Assembly (NCBI GenBank): GCA_041496705.1
Contig: JBGQFD010000004.1
Span: 6,321 to 70,320 of the forward strand
Length of the DNA stretch: 64,000 nucleotides
Source: Gammaproteobacteria bacterium
Lineage (GTDB): Bacteria > Pseudomonadota > Gammaproteobacteria > Burkholderiales > SG8-39
Reading direction: 5' to 3'
The stretch's first letter is position 1, and each line of letters starts with the position of its first letter. The position numbers were made by a program, and so were the translations under genes. Shown here one piece after another: positions 9,324 through 17,619 of this stretch. Under the pieces are notes generated by a model. The model ran no database searches and was not told the origin of the DNA. It saw nothing but the letters and a program-made list of their open reading frames with translations.

Positions 9324-9616
9324 AAGCACCACTGCCGCATAGCTTTGCCGCCAGCGTCACGCCGACCGTGCTGGCGGCTAATCCGGCTCGCGGCCTGTTC
9401 GTGATCGGGGTCAACGGCACGGTGCAGGTGTATACGCAGATGTCCGCCTACCAGATTGCGCTGCAGGCCGATCTGTTCGCAGGCCGCAAGGCGCGGAGCT
9501 TCGTCGCGACCGGTGGTACTTATGCCGACGGCACCAAGACCTTGACTTCGAGTGTCATGGCGACGGTGTTGCAGTAAGAGCCCAGGCGGGGCACGAGTCT
9601 CGCTCGAACCCGCCGT

Positions 9617-10723
9617 CTACTCCCAGGGCATCAGGGAGGCGTGGATCACGTCCGGCACGCCCTTGCCCCCCACCGAGCGGATGGCGAGGTCGACGTCCTT
9701 CAGCCCGAAGCGGTGCGTGGTCACTTTCTCCAGTGGGAAACGCTTAGAGGCGAGCTGAGCCAGGGCGAGCTCGCACGCCTTGTAGCTGTGCCCGCGCGCG
9801 CTCTTCATGGTGATGAATTTCACCGTGACTTTCTCGAGCGGGAAATTCGGGAACTCCTTCATTTCCCCCTGGACCACGATGGTTCCGCCCTTGCGCTTGA
9901 GCGCTTCGACGCCCAGCAGGATCGGCAGGGTCCCGGCGCCGGCAGTGCAGTCGAGCGCGACGTCGACGCCTTTGCCGCCCGTGATCTCCCGGATGCGCGC
10001 GAGGGGGTCCTCCTTCTGCACGTCGATCACATGGTCGGCGCCGAGTTCCTTGGCGACCTTCATCCGCGCGGCGTCCTTTGAAGTGCCGGTGACGATGATG
10101 AGCGAAGCGCCGGCCTGCTTGCAGATCACCGTCTGCGACAAGCCCTGCTGGCCCGGCCCTTGGATGAGCACCGTCGAGTTATAGCCGACCCCGCCGTCGA
10201 AGAGCGACCATTCGACGCCGTTCGCCATGGGGGTGACCAGGCCCGCAAGTTCCGCGCTTACTCCCGCGGGGGCCCGGTGCACGACCGCGTTCCAGGGAAG
10301 ATAGACGTACTGGGCGAACCCGCCCCACAGGTGCGGCGCCTTTTCCGCCGAGGTGTAGCCGTAGCGGACGCCGTCGGGGTTGTTGCGCCAGTCGGTGTTC
10401 TCGCAGTGCCGGTACTGGCCGAGGTGGCACCACTCGCACTTGCCGCACATGACGTAGTGCTCGACGAAGACGAGGTCGCCTTCCTTGAAACCTTTCCGCC
10501 GGGTGAACTCGCGGCCGGCTTTCGCGATCACCCCGATGTTCTCGTGGCCCATGATCACCGGGCTCAGCGTCGGCGGGTGCGCGTAGAGCTTGACGTCGGT
10601 GCCGCAGATCCCGGCGACCTCCATCTTCATGAGGGCACTGTCCTCCGGGATCTCGGGCATCGGGTATTCGCGGATCTCGGTTCGGCTCGGGCCGGTCCGC
10701 ACTGCCGCCAGCACTTTTTCCAC
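9617..10723 (-). CDS. Zinc-dependent medium-chain alcohol dehydrogenase family protein
   Basis: GICGTD...GHENIGV...CGKCEWCHLGQYRHCEN zinc ligand patterns and GPGQQG Rossmann. Start set to GTG 10723 behind GGAGGA; the longer 417-aa ORF has an implausible N-terminus. Confidence 0.85.
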   Translation of the reverse strand: MEKVLAAVRTGPSRTEIREYPMPEIPEDSALMKMEVAGICGTDVKLYAHPPTLSPVIMGHENIGVIAKAGREFTRRKGFKEGDLVFVEHYVMCGKCEWCHLGQYRHCENTDWRNNPDGVRYGYTSAEKAPHLWGGFAQYVYLPWNAVVHRAPAGVSAELAGLVTPMANGVEWSLFDGGVGYNSTVLIQGPGQQGLSQTVICKQAGASLIIVTGTSKDAARMKVAKELGADHVIDVQKEDPLARIREITGGKGVDVALDCTAGAGTLPILLGVEALKRKGGTIVVQGEMKEFPNFPLEKVTVKFITMKSARGHSYKACELALAQLASKRFPLEKVTTHRFGLKDVDLAIRSVGGKGVPDVIHASLMPWE

Positions 10724-10885
10724 CTGCGTTCCTCCAGTCACGGCTCTCGCCGGGCATTTTCTCATGCATTGGGGAGCGATTCTTGCGGTTCGCGCAGCTC
10801 GCGTACACCCGGGACGGGCCGAAGCGGGCCCTTGCCAGGCCGGGTGGGGGCTGCAGTAGAATTTCCCCAAAATTCCGGATCAACA

Positions 10886-11086
10886 ATGGCGAGTAGTAGC
10901 GGATTCGACGCATCGATACCCGCTGGCGCCAGGCGCATGACGCGAGTTCGCGCCGCGTCGCTGCATCTCGGCATCAGCATGTTCGTGGCCCTTATCTCGG
11001 TCGCGTCGATGATTCTCGTCTGGTATCCGCCGCCCCTGTTCCAGCTGCTCGGCGGTTTCGGGCTGCTGCTGCTTCTTGCCGGAGTC
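10886..11086 (+). pseudogene. N-terminal remnant of a TfpX/TfpZ-like type IV pilin accessory membrane protein
   Basis: MTRVRAASLHLGISMFVALISVASMILVWYPPPLFQLLGGFGLLLLLAGV matches the family N-terminus as recalled (AS.IHL.IS...LVWYP.PY....GG..LL.L..GVDVVLGPLLT). The expected DVVLGPLLT continuation is missing in every frame. The open frame then runs into the next gene as low-complexity Arg/Pro/Ser text. Confidence 0.4.
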
Positions 11087-11208
11087 CCTGGAACTGAGTC
11101 AGGGACGCGGAGTCCCGAGATCCCGAATCGCTGCCGAGGCGCCCCCGGCAATTCCGCTATCATTGGCACCGCGTGTCCCCGGGGGCCGGTATGCTTTGGA
11201 AGGCAGAA

Positions 11209-11916
11209 ATGCGCCGTACTCTTTCGATCGTCGCGGTCCTGTCGCTCTGTGCCTGTGCGACTGCGCCGCCCCCCCAAGCGGTCGTGCCGAGCCCCCCGCC
11301 CGCTCCCGAGTCCCGGACCCAGATTGCGGAGCTTGAGCGTCGCGCGGCGCAGCTCGACCTCCAGCTCCTGGAGCGCGATGCCGTGATCGACAGTCTGAAT
11401 GCCCGGCTCGACGAAGCCTTGCAGGAAGTGGTTGGAGTCATGGGAAAACTGCAGTCGCTTGCCACTCGAGCGGAAGCTGCCTCCACGATGGCCGAAGCAG
11501 ACGTGGCATTGCAATCGATCGCGAACTCGGGCCGCGATTCGCGCGAGTCCCGGCAGGCGTCCCGGTTGATGCAGCAGAGCACGGCGGAATTCAAACGGAA
11601 AAATTTTGGCGGTGCGTTGTACCTGGCCAATCAGGCGAAAGCCGCTGCGCGCGTCCACGGGCTGGGCGGACGGCTCGGCAAGTTGCGCCCGGGGGAAGTG
11701 CCGTTCGCGGTACCCGTCAAGCTGCGTGCCAGCGGACGCGCCAACGTCCGGAGCGGGCCGGGCACGAACTTCGCCATCTCGTTCGCCGCGGAGTCAGGCG
11801 GCGCGTTGTCCGGACTGTCCTACCTCGGAGACTGGATCCGGGTGAGCAACGATGCCGGAAGCGAAGGGTGGATTTCGCGCTCGCTCGTCGTCAGGCCCGT
11901 GGACAAGAGCCGCTAG
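11209..11916 (+). CDS. Lipoprotein with coiled-coil region and C-terminal SH3b domain
   Basis: ATG 11209 after GGAAGG. Signal MRRTLSIVAVLSLCAC. Heptad-like ELERRAAQLDLQLLERDAVIDSLNARLDEALQ. C-terminal VKLRASGRANVRSGPGTNFAI...GDWIRVSNDAGSEGWISRSLV is bacterial SH3-like. Confidence 0.75.
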   Translation: MRRTLSIVAVLSLCACATAPPPQAVVPSPPPAPESRTQIAELERRAAQLDLQLLERDAVIDSLNARLDEALQEVVGVMGKLQSLATRAEAASTMAEADVALQSIANSGRDSRESRQASRLMQQSTAEFKRKNFGGALYLANQAKAAARVHGLGGRLGKLRPGEVPFAVPVKLRASGRANVRSGPGTNFAISFAAESGGALSGLSYLGDWIRVSNDAGSEGWISRSLVVRPVDKSR

Positions 11917-13586
11917 GAAGCTCCCGCCTTCTCCTTGTTGCTCTTCGCGCTCGCGCACGTCACCCGGTCCCGGCCGGCACGCTTGGACTCGTACAGCGCC
12001 GCGTCTGCCTGCCCGATGAGAGCTTTCGCCGTATCGCCGTGCGCAGGGTATTCGGCCACCCCGACCGAGATCGTCACCGGTCCGCCGGCAAACTGTTCCC
12101 CGCCGAGCTGCTTCCGCATGCGTTCCGCGGATTCTCGGGCGCGGTCGACCGAAGTCCCGGAAAGCATGACCAGAAACTCCTCTCCGCCATAACGCGCGGC
12201 ACAATCGTAGGACCGGACGGAATCGAGCAATACCGTGCCGACGCGCGCGAGCACCTCGTCCCCGGCCAGGTGCCCGTTGCTGTCGTTGTACTTCTTGAAA
12301 TGATCGACATCGAACATGAGGATCGAGAAGGGCTGGCCGGCGCGACTGGCGCGTTCCATCTCGCGCGTAAGCTGGCTCATCAAGTGCCGCCGGTTGCTCA
12401 GTCCGGTCAGGGCGTCGGTCGTCGAGAGTCGCTCGAGGTCATCGTGTTGCTTGCGCAGGCTCTCGACCATGGTATTGAATATCTGGGTCAGGTAGCCGAC
12501 TTCTCCGCGCCCGCCCGCCGCCAGTCCCACCGACAGGTTGCCCTCGGATACCTGCGCCGCGGCGCTCGTCAGCCGGCCGAGGGGCCTTGCGATCAGCGCG
12601 GCGAGCCAGTAGGCGACGATGCTTGTGACCACGAGCAGCATCCCTATGACGATGAAGGCGACATTGCGCAGCCGGGTCGCCTGACTGTAGACATCGTCCG
12701 CGGGAATGTCAGCCACCGCGAGCCATGTGGTCTGCGACAGGCTTTGCGCGCTCGCAAGGAGTTCGACGCGGCCGGCCCCTCGGTGCTCGACGATCCCGCC
12801 GCCGGCCTCGCGCAATCGAACGGCGATCTCCGGCGCCAAGTCCGTCGTCTTCGCGTCGGCGGGTCCGCTGCTCGAATCGGCAATCAGCTTTCCCCGGGCG
12901 GTCGCCAGGTACACGTGCCCGCCGGCGCGCGCGCTGAAAACGCGAAGGACCTGCGCGAGCTCGGTAAAGTTCGTGCGCGCGACCAGGGCGCCGGAAATCC
13001 GGCCGTTGGCCTGGAGAACGGGCACGCCGAGAATGACGATCACCTTCTTTGCCCGCTCGTCCCAGTACGGTTCGCTGATCAGGCTCTGGGACGACTCGAA
13101 GGTCTTGCCCCACTCCTCGGGCAGACGCGTTGGACTCGCCCGGCGCGCGGTGCTGGCGACCAGTCCCCCACGGGCATCGACCAGCCGGAGTTCTTCGTAG
13201 TGGGCGAAGCGGGCGCGGACGGAGTTGAGGTACTCGACAAGCCGTCCGGGCCGGCCGCGTCGGGCCACCGTATCGGACACGACCGACGAGTTGGCGAACA
13301 CGCGCAGGTCGTACAGTCGCTCCTTGAGCCACACGTCGGCCTCGCGCCCCGCCTGCGATCCCGTGGTCACCAGCTCCTGCGTGATCTTCTCCGTGAGCGC
13401 GCGGCGGCTGTGCGCGTAGGCGATGAGCGAGATGATGAGAGACGGGATGAGCGCGGCAAGGATTGCAAACGCAAGAATCTGGCTGCGAATACTATCCAGC
13501 CGAAACTGCGATAGCGCTTTCCGTATCCGCTGCCGCACGGTGGAAAGATCGTCCGGGGAATGAGTGAGGGACATTCTAGCAGACAC
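11913..13586 (-). CDS. Membrane diguanylate cyclase: periplasmic Cache-like sensor, HAMP, GGDEF with I-site
   Basis: Two TM segments flank a ~270-aa periplasmic domain. HAMP (RPLGRLTSAAAQVSEGNLSV). GGDEF domain with active-site GGEEF, and RSYD (RxxD) five residues upstream. The start may be Met5 (13574). Confidence 0.88.
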   Translation of the reverse strand: MSARMSLTHSPDDLSTVRQRIRKALSQFRLDSIRSQILAFAILAALIPSLIISLIAYAHSRRALTEKITQELVTTGSQAGREADVWLKERLYDLRVFANSSVVSDTVARRGRPGRLVEYLNSVRARFAHYEELRLVDARGGLVASTARRASPTRLPEEWGKTFESSQSLISEPYWDERAKKVIVILGVPVLQANGRISGALVARTNFTELAQVLRVFSARAGGHVYLATARGKLIADSSSGPADAKTTDLAPEIAVRLREAGGGIVEHRGAGRVELLASAQSLSQTTWLAVADIPADDVYSQATRLRNVAFIVIGMLLVVTSIVAYWLAALIARPLGRLTSAAAQVSEGNLSVGLAAGGRGEVGYLTQIFNTMVESLRKQHDDLERLSTTDALTGLSNRRHLMSQLTREMERASRAGQPFSILMFDVDHFKKYNDSNGHLAGDEVLARVGTVLLDSVRSYDCAARYGGEEFLVMLSGTSVDRARESAERMRKQLGGEQFAGGPVTISVGVAEYPAHGDTAKALIGQADAALYESKRAGRDRVTCASAKSNKEKAGAS

Positions 13587-13744
13587 AGTCCGTGACTACC
13601 GCCCGGCAGATATCACCCTGAGAGGATCCGGCATCGGTCGTCCGCTCAGGCAAGCCAGAACGGACACCCGCACAAGCTTGGCGCGGCCCGACGGCCGGCA
13701 AATCCGCTATCATCGCCGTTGCGAAACTTCCGGGACAGCGCGCG

Positions 13745-14731
13745 TTGAAACTGAATCTTTCCATTGCCACCACGGACTACGATCACTTCCGCGATTTCCG
13801 GCTCGGCCCGGTCCGGGCCGAGGGTATCGAACACAACTGGCTGACTCTCGGTCACCACGAGTGCTTCGCGCGCTTCACCGCGAATCGCGAGTTCGATCTG
13901 TCGGAGCTCTCCTTCGCGAAATTCGCCACCCAGGTGACGCGCCCCGACAGCGACATCATCGGGCTGCCCGTGATCTGCTCGAGGCTGTTCCGCTTCAGTT
14001 CGTTTTACGTCAACAAGAAGAGTGGGATCCGCACCGTGCAGGACCTGAAGGGCAGGAAGGTCGGTTCGCCGGAGTGGGCGCATTCGGCGGCCGTTTACAT
14101 GCGCGGCTGGATGCACAACGACATGGGCGTCAAGCTCACCGACGTGCATTGGTTCCAGGCGGGGGCCAACGCTCCCGGCCGAGAGGAAAAGGTCGAGTTG
14201 AATCTTCCCCCGGGGCTGAAACTCACTCGCGTCGCCGACAAATCGCTTTCCGAGTTGCTCGCTGCGAACGAGATCGACTGCGCCATCATCGCGCGTCCGC
14301 CGACCTGTTTCCTCGAAGGTCACCCCGACGTCGTACGCCTCTACGCGGACTACCTCGGCATGGAAGAGGAGTACTATCAGCGCACCCGGGTCTGGCCGAT
14401 CATGCACATCATCGCAATGCGCAGGCGCATTGCCGAGGAACATCCCTGGGCAGCACGCAATCTCTACAACGCGTTTCTCGAATCGAAGCGGCGCAGCGTC
14501 GAGCGCCTGCTCGATCCCGCCGTTTCGCGCTATCCGCTTGCCTGGCTCCCGACCTACGCGCGCCGGATGCGCGACATGTTCGGCGGCGATCCTTTCCCCT
14601 ACGGGATCGAGGAAAATCGTGCGACCTGGGAGCTGATGGCGCTGTACACGTGGCAGCAGGGCATCGCCCACCGCCAGTTCAAGCCCGAGGAGATTTTTCC
14701 CAAGGGCGTGATGACCAAGGTGATCATTTGA
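13745..14731 (+). CDS. PhtD-like (4,5-dihydroxyphthalate decarboxylase family) protein, paralogue 2
   Basis: TTG start. MKLNLSIATTDYDHFRDFRLGPVRAEGIEHNWLTL...REFDLSELSFAKF parallels ORF 6845..7837. No signal peptide. Confidence 0.72.
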   Translation: MKLNLSIATTDYDHFRDFRLGPVRAEGIEHNWLTLGHHECFARFTANREFDLSELSFAKFATQVTRPDSDIIGLPVICSRLFRFSSFYVNKKSGIRTVQDLKGRKVGSPEWAHSAAVYMRGWMHNDMGVKLTDVHWFQAGANAPGREEKVELNLPPGLKLTRVADKSLSELLAANEIDCAIIARPPTCFLEGHPDVVRLYADYLGMEEEYYQRTRVWPIMHIIAMRRRIAEEHPWAARNLYNAFLESKRRSVERLLDPAVSRYPLAWLPTYARRMRDMFGGDPFPYGIEENRATWELMALYTWQQGIAHRQFKPEEIFPKGVMTKVII

Positions 14732-14750
14732 GATCTGGAACGGAGAAGAC

Positions 14751-15500
14751 ATGAACGGCAACACTCCGAAGTCTGGCGGCCCGGTCGCGGCCGAGCGTCT
14801 CGCCGACCTGGCCGCCGCAAGCCGCATCCTCGTGGCCCAGGGCGTGGTCGACGGTTTCGGCCATGCTTCGCTCCGCCACCCGACGGCGCCGGATCGCTAC
14901 CTGATGGCCAGAGCGATCGCCCCAGCCCTGGTGACGCCCGGTGATATCATCGAGTACGATCTGGACAGCAATCCCTGCAACGCGAACGGCCGCGGCAGTT
15001 TCCTCGAGCGCTTCATCCACGGCGAAATCTACAAAGCCCGGCCCGATGTGATGTCGGTGGTGCACAGCCATTCGTCCTCGGTGATCCCCTTCGGGTTGGT
15101 GAGCGCGCCGATGCGGGCGATGTTCCACAACGCCGCCTTCCTCGCGGCTGGCGTGCCGGTGTTCGACATCCGGGAGAGATTCGGCGCTACCGATCTCCTG
15201 GTCGGCAACGGGGCGAAGGGCGTCGCGCTCGCCAAGGTCATGGGCAGGAAAGACGTCGTGCTGATGCGCGCGCACGGCAGCGTCGCGTGCGGGCCGACGC
15301 TACAGACCGCTGTGTTCCGCGCGGTTTATACTGAGGTGAATGCGCGCGTCCAGCATTGGACGGCGGCGCTCGCCGGCGGGGCGCCCATCGCGGCGCTGGA
15401 TGCCGAGGAAGGGCAGCTCGCCGACGTGATCAACCAGACCGCCGGCATGCGCGCCTGGGACCTGTGGCGCAGCCAGGTGCACAACCAGGCCGGCTGGTAG
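14751..15500 (+). CDS. Class II aldolase/adducin-domain protein
   Basis: AASRILVAQGVVDGFGHASLRHP...PDVMSVVHSHS...LMRAHGSVACG is the class II aldolase pattern (His metal ligands). GGAGAAG RBS. Confidence 0.82.
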   Translation: MNGNTPKSGGPVAAERLADLAAASRILVAQGVVDGFGHASLRHPTAPDRYLMARAIAPALVTPGDIIEYDLDSNPCNANGRGSFLERFIHGEIYKARPDVMSVVHSHSSSVIPFGLVSAPMRAMFHNAAFLAAGVPVFDIRERFGATDLLVGNGAKGVALAKVMGRKDVVLMRAHGSVACGPTLQTAVFRAVYTEVNARVQHWTAALAGGAPIAALDAEEGQLADVINQTAGMRAWDLWRSQVHNQAGW

Positions 15501-15532
15501 CCGTTCGCGGAAAACGAGAGGAGGACGAAGCC

Positions 15533-16240
15533 ATGACAGAGGCCGCACTGAAGCAGCGCGAGGAGGTCATGTCCCTTGCCGAGCAGAAGCAGCAACTGGT
15601 CGACTGCATCCGAATGCTGGAGCGCTCGGACATCATCGACTACAACGGCCACGCCAGCATCCGCACCGGCGAGAATCGCGTGCTGATCAACATCGGGTCG
15701 TGCCAGCGCAGCCAGCTCAAAGTCGACGACATCTGCACGATAGATTTCGACGGCAACGTCGTCGAGGGCAAGGGCAAACCGCCGCTGGAATTCCACCTGC
15801 ACATCGGCGTCTACAAGGCGCGGGCCGACGTGAAAGCGGTCGTGCACGCGCATCCGAAGTGGTCGACCTTCCTCACCATGGTGGGCGCGAGCTACCAGCC
15901 GGTATACGCGCAGGGGTCGCTCGTCTATCCGATGCCGGTGCTCGACTCGCCGAACTCGATCAACAATCCGGCAATGGCGGAGCGCCTCGCGAACACGCTC
16001 GGCGACCGGCCCGCGGCGATGATGAAATCGCACGGCGCGGTCACCGTCGGCAAGGACATCATGGAAGCCTTCGTGCTCGCCAACTATCTCGAGGAAAACG
16101 CCTACCGGCAGTACATGGCGATGCAGATCGGCAAGCCGTATTCGTTCAACGAGAAAGAACTGGCGCTGTGCCGCGAGAAGCTGTGGAACGCGGCGCTGTT
16201 CAAGCGCACCTGGGATCATTTCCGCGCAAAGCTGGGCTGA
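15533..16240 (+). CDS. Class II aldolase/adducin-domain protein (second copy)
   Basis: Start set to ATG 15533 after GAGGAGGA. DCIRMLERSDIIDYNGHASIR...ADVKAVVHAHP...MMKSHGAVTVG. Confidence 0.82.
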   Translation: MTEAALKQREEVMSLAEQKQQLVDCIRMLERSDIIDYNGHASIRTGENRVLINIGSCQRSQLKVDDICTIDFDGNVVEGKGKPPLEFHLHIGVYKARADVKAVVHAHPKWSTFLTMVGASYQPVYAQGSLVYPMPVLDSPNSINNPAMAERLANTLGDRPAAMMKSHGAVTVGKDIMEAFVLANYLEENAYRQYMAMQIGKPYSFNEKELALCREKLWNAALFKRTWDHFRAKLG

Positions 16241-16491
16241 GCGCGGCTCTGAATCGCTCGCACTGAAACCTCTAGGTCGACGAGGCATCGCGAGCAGGCG
16301 GTTAGAGCGTAAGCCCCCGCGCGGCCCTTCCGCCTTTTCCCAAGCCCGGTGTGCATATGCCACAACGAGGCGGTGGCGGGCTTCACAGCCCTTGTCCCTC
16401 CGGAAACCTAAGCTGGTTACCGTGCAAACGAAGGTTTGCATGGCCCGGCACAAAACCGGAAACGAGATGAGACAAGGAAGGAGCAGAAGCC

Positions 16492-16689
16492 ATGGGCAGC
16501 CACGCGAACCCGCACTCCAGCATGGAGCAGCGCATCGACGACATCCGCCTGAGTGAAAGCGACCGGCGGCTCGCCAACGAGCACATGCACGAAGCCGACG
16601 TCGTCGCGGACCTCATCTGCCGCGCCGTCGAGAACCTCCACTCGGTGGGAGAGCTCCTCGGCGGGGTATTCGCGAATCGCGGCAGATAG
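16492..16689 (+). CDS. Small hypothetical protein (65 aa)
   Basis: ATG preceded by AAGGAAGGAG. No recognisable family. Convergent with the cyclase gene. Confidence 0.4.
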   Translation: MGSHANPHSSMEQRIDDIRLSESDRRLANEHMHEADVVADLICRAVENLHSVGELLGGVFANRGR

Positions 16690-16697
16690 GTTGCGAA

Positions 16698-17600
16698 TCA
16701 GCCCAGAGTCTCGACCTCGAACGCCGCCACTTCGGTCGGATCGGCGGCGTAGGGATGCCCGAAGCTGATCGATCCGTGGCCGTGCAGCACGACCTCCTCG
16801 CGCTTTAAGGCCATTTCGGACACGCCGTGAAACGTGACGAAAGTACCGTTGGAGCTGACGTCGACCAAAACGAATTTGTTGCGGCGGCGTTCAATCCGCG
16901 CGTGCTCGCGAGACGCCTTGCGGTCCGCTATCACGATGTCGCTCGAACTCTCCCGGCCAAAGCTTACGAGTTCGCGGTCCGGGCCTACGATCGTTTCCTT
17001 CCCGCCGTGCTTCAGGCGCAGCTGCACCCGGAGTTGTTGTGGCGGGCTGAACGACCGGTTCGTCATGTAGGTCAATTCCTCGCTCTCCCGCCATAAGACC
17101 TCGTAGACGTCGACTTCCTGCTCCCGCCCCTTGACGTGGAGCTTGTCAAGGGCACGGGTCTGCCCCTTCATCGGCCCGGGCAATGCTTCCACGCAATCAC
17201 CGGCAGCAATGATCTGCGAAGGCTTGGCCAGCTTTACCATTCGAGCCGCCACGTTGACGCAGTCGCCGAATATGTCCTGTCCTTCCTCCAGTACGGGACC
17301 GAATTGCAGCCCGACGTGGATCTGAAGGTGCTGGCCGGATATCGGTTCCTGCATCTCGACCCGTGACTGCATCTCTGTGGCGGCCTTCGTCGCCGCCGAG
17401 GCGGTCGGAAATACGCACATGACCTCATCGCCGATTGTCTGGACCACCCGCCCGCCGCAGCCGAGCACCGATTCGCGCATGATATTGAGGCACCGTGCGA
17501 CGCACTCGAGCGCCCGTGCGTTGCCGAGCTTCTCGTACAGGCGCGTGCTTCCAGTGATGTCGGCGAACAGAACGGCGAGATTTGGGGGCTTGTTTTCCAT
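16698..17600 (-). CDS. Class III adenylate/guanylate cyclase domain fused to a C-terminal FHA domain
   Basis: LAVLFADITGSTRLYEKLG and QTIGDEVMCVF (the two metal Asp motifs), VNVAARM. C-terminal SFGRESSSDIVIADRKASREHARIERRRNKFVLVDVSSNGTFV is a canonical FHA core. Confidence 0.85.
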   Translation of the reverse strand: MENKPPNLAVLFADITGSTRLYEKLGNARALECVARCLNIMRESVLGCGGRVVQTIGDEVMCVFPTASAATKAATEMQSRVEMQEPISGQHLQIHVGLQFGPVLEEGQDIFGDCVNVAARMVKLAKPSQIIAAGDCVEALPGPMKGQTRALDKLHVKGREQEVDVYEVLWRESEELTYMTNRSFSPPQQLRVQLRLKHGGKETIVGPDRELVSFGRESSSDIVIADRKASREHARIERRRNKFVLVDVSSNGTFVTFHGVSEMALKREEVVLHGHGSISFGHPYAADPTEVAAFEVETLG

Positions 17601-17619
17601 TGGACAGGTACTTGCGCGC

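Noticed and set aside
10872-10885. TTCCGgatcAACAA near the ADH / pilin-accessory-remnant divergent region as an FNR site
   Set aside because: Only one degenerate half-site is present. It directly abuts the ATG at 10886.
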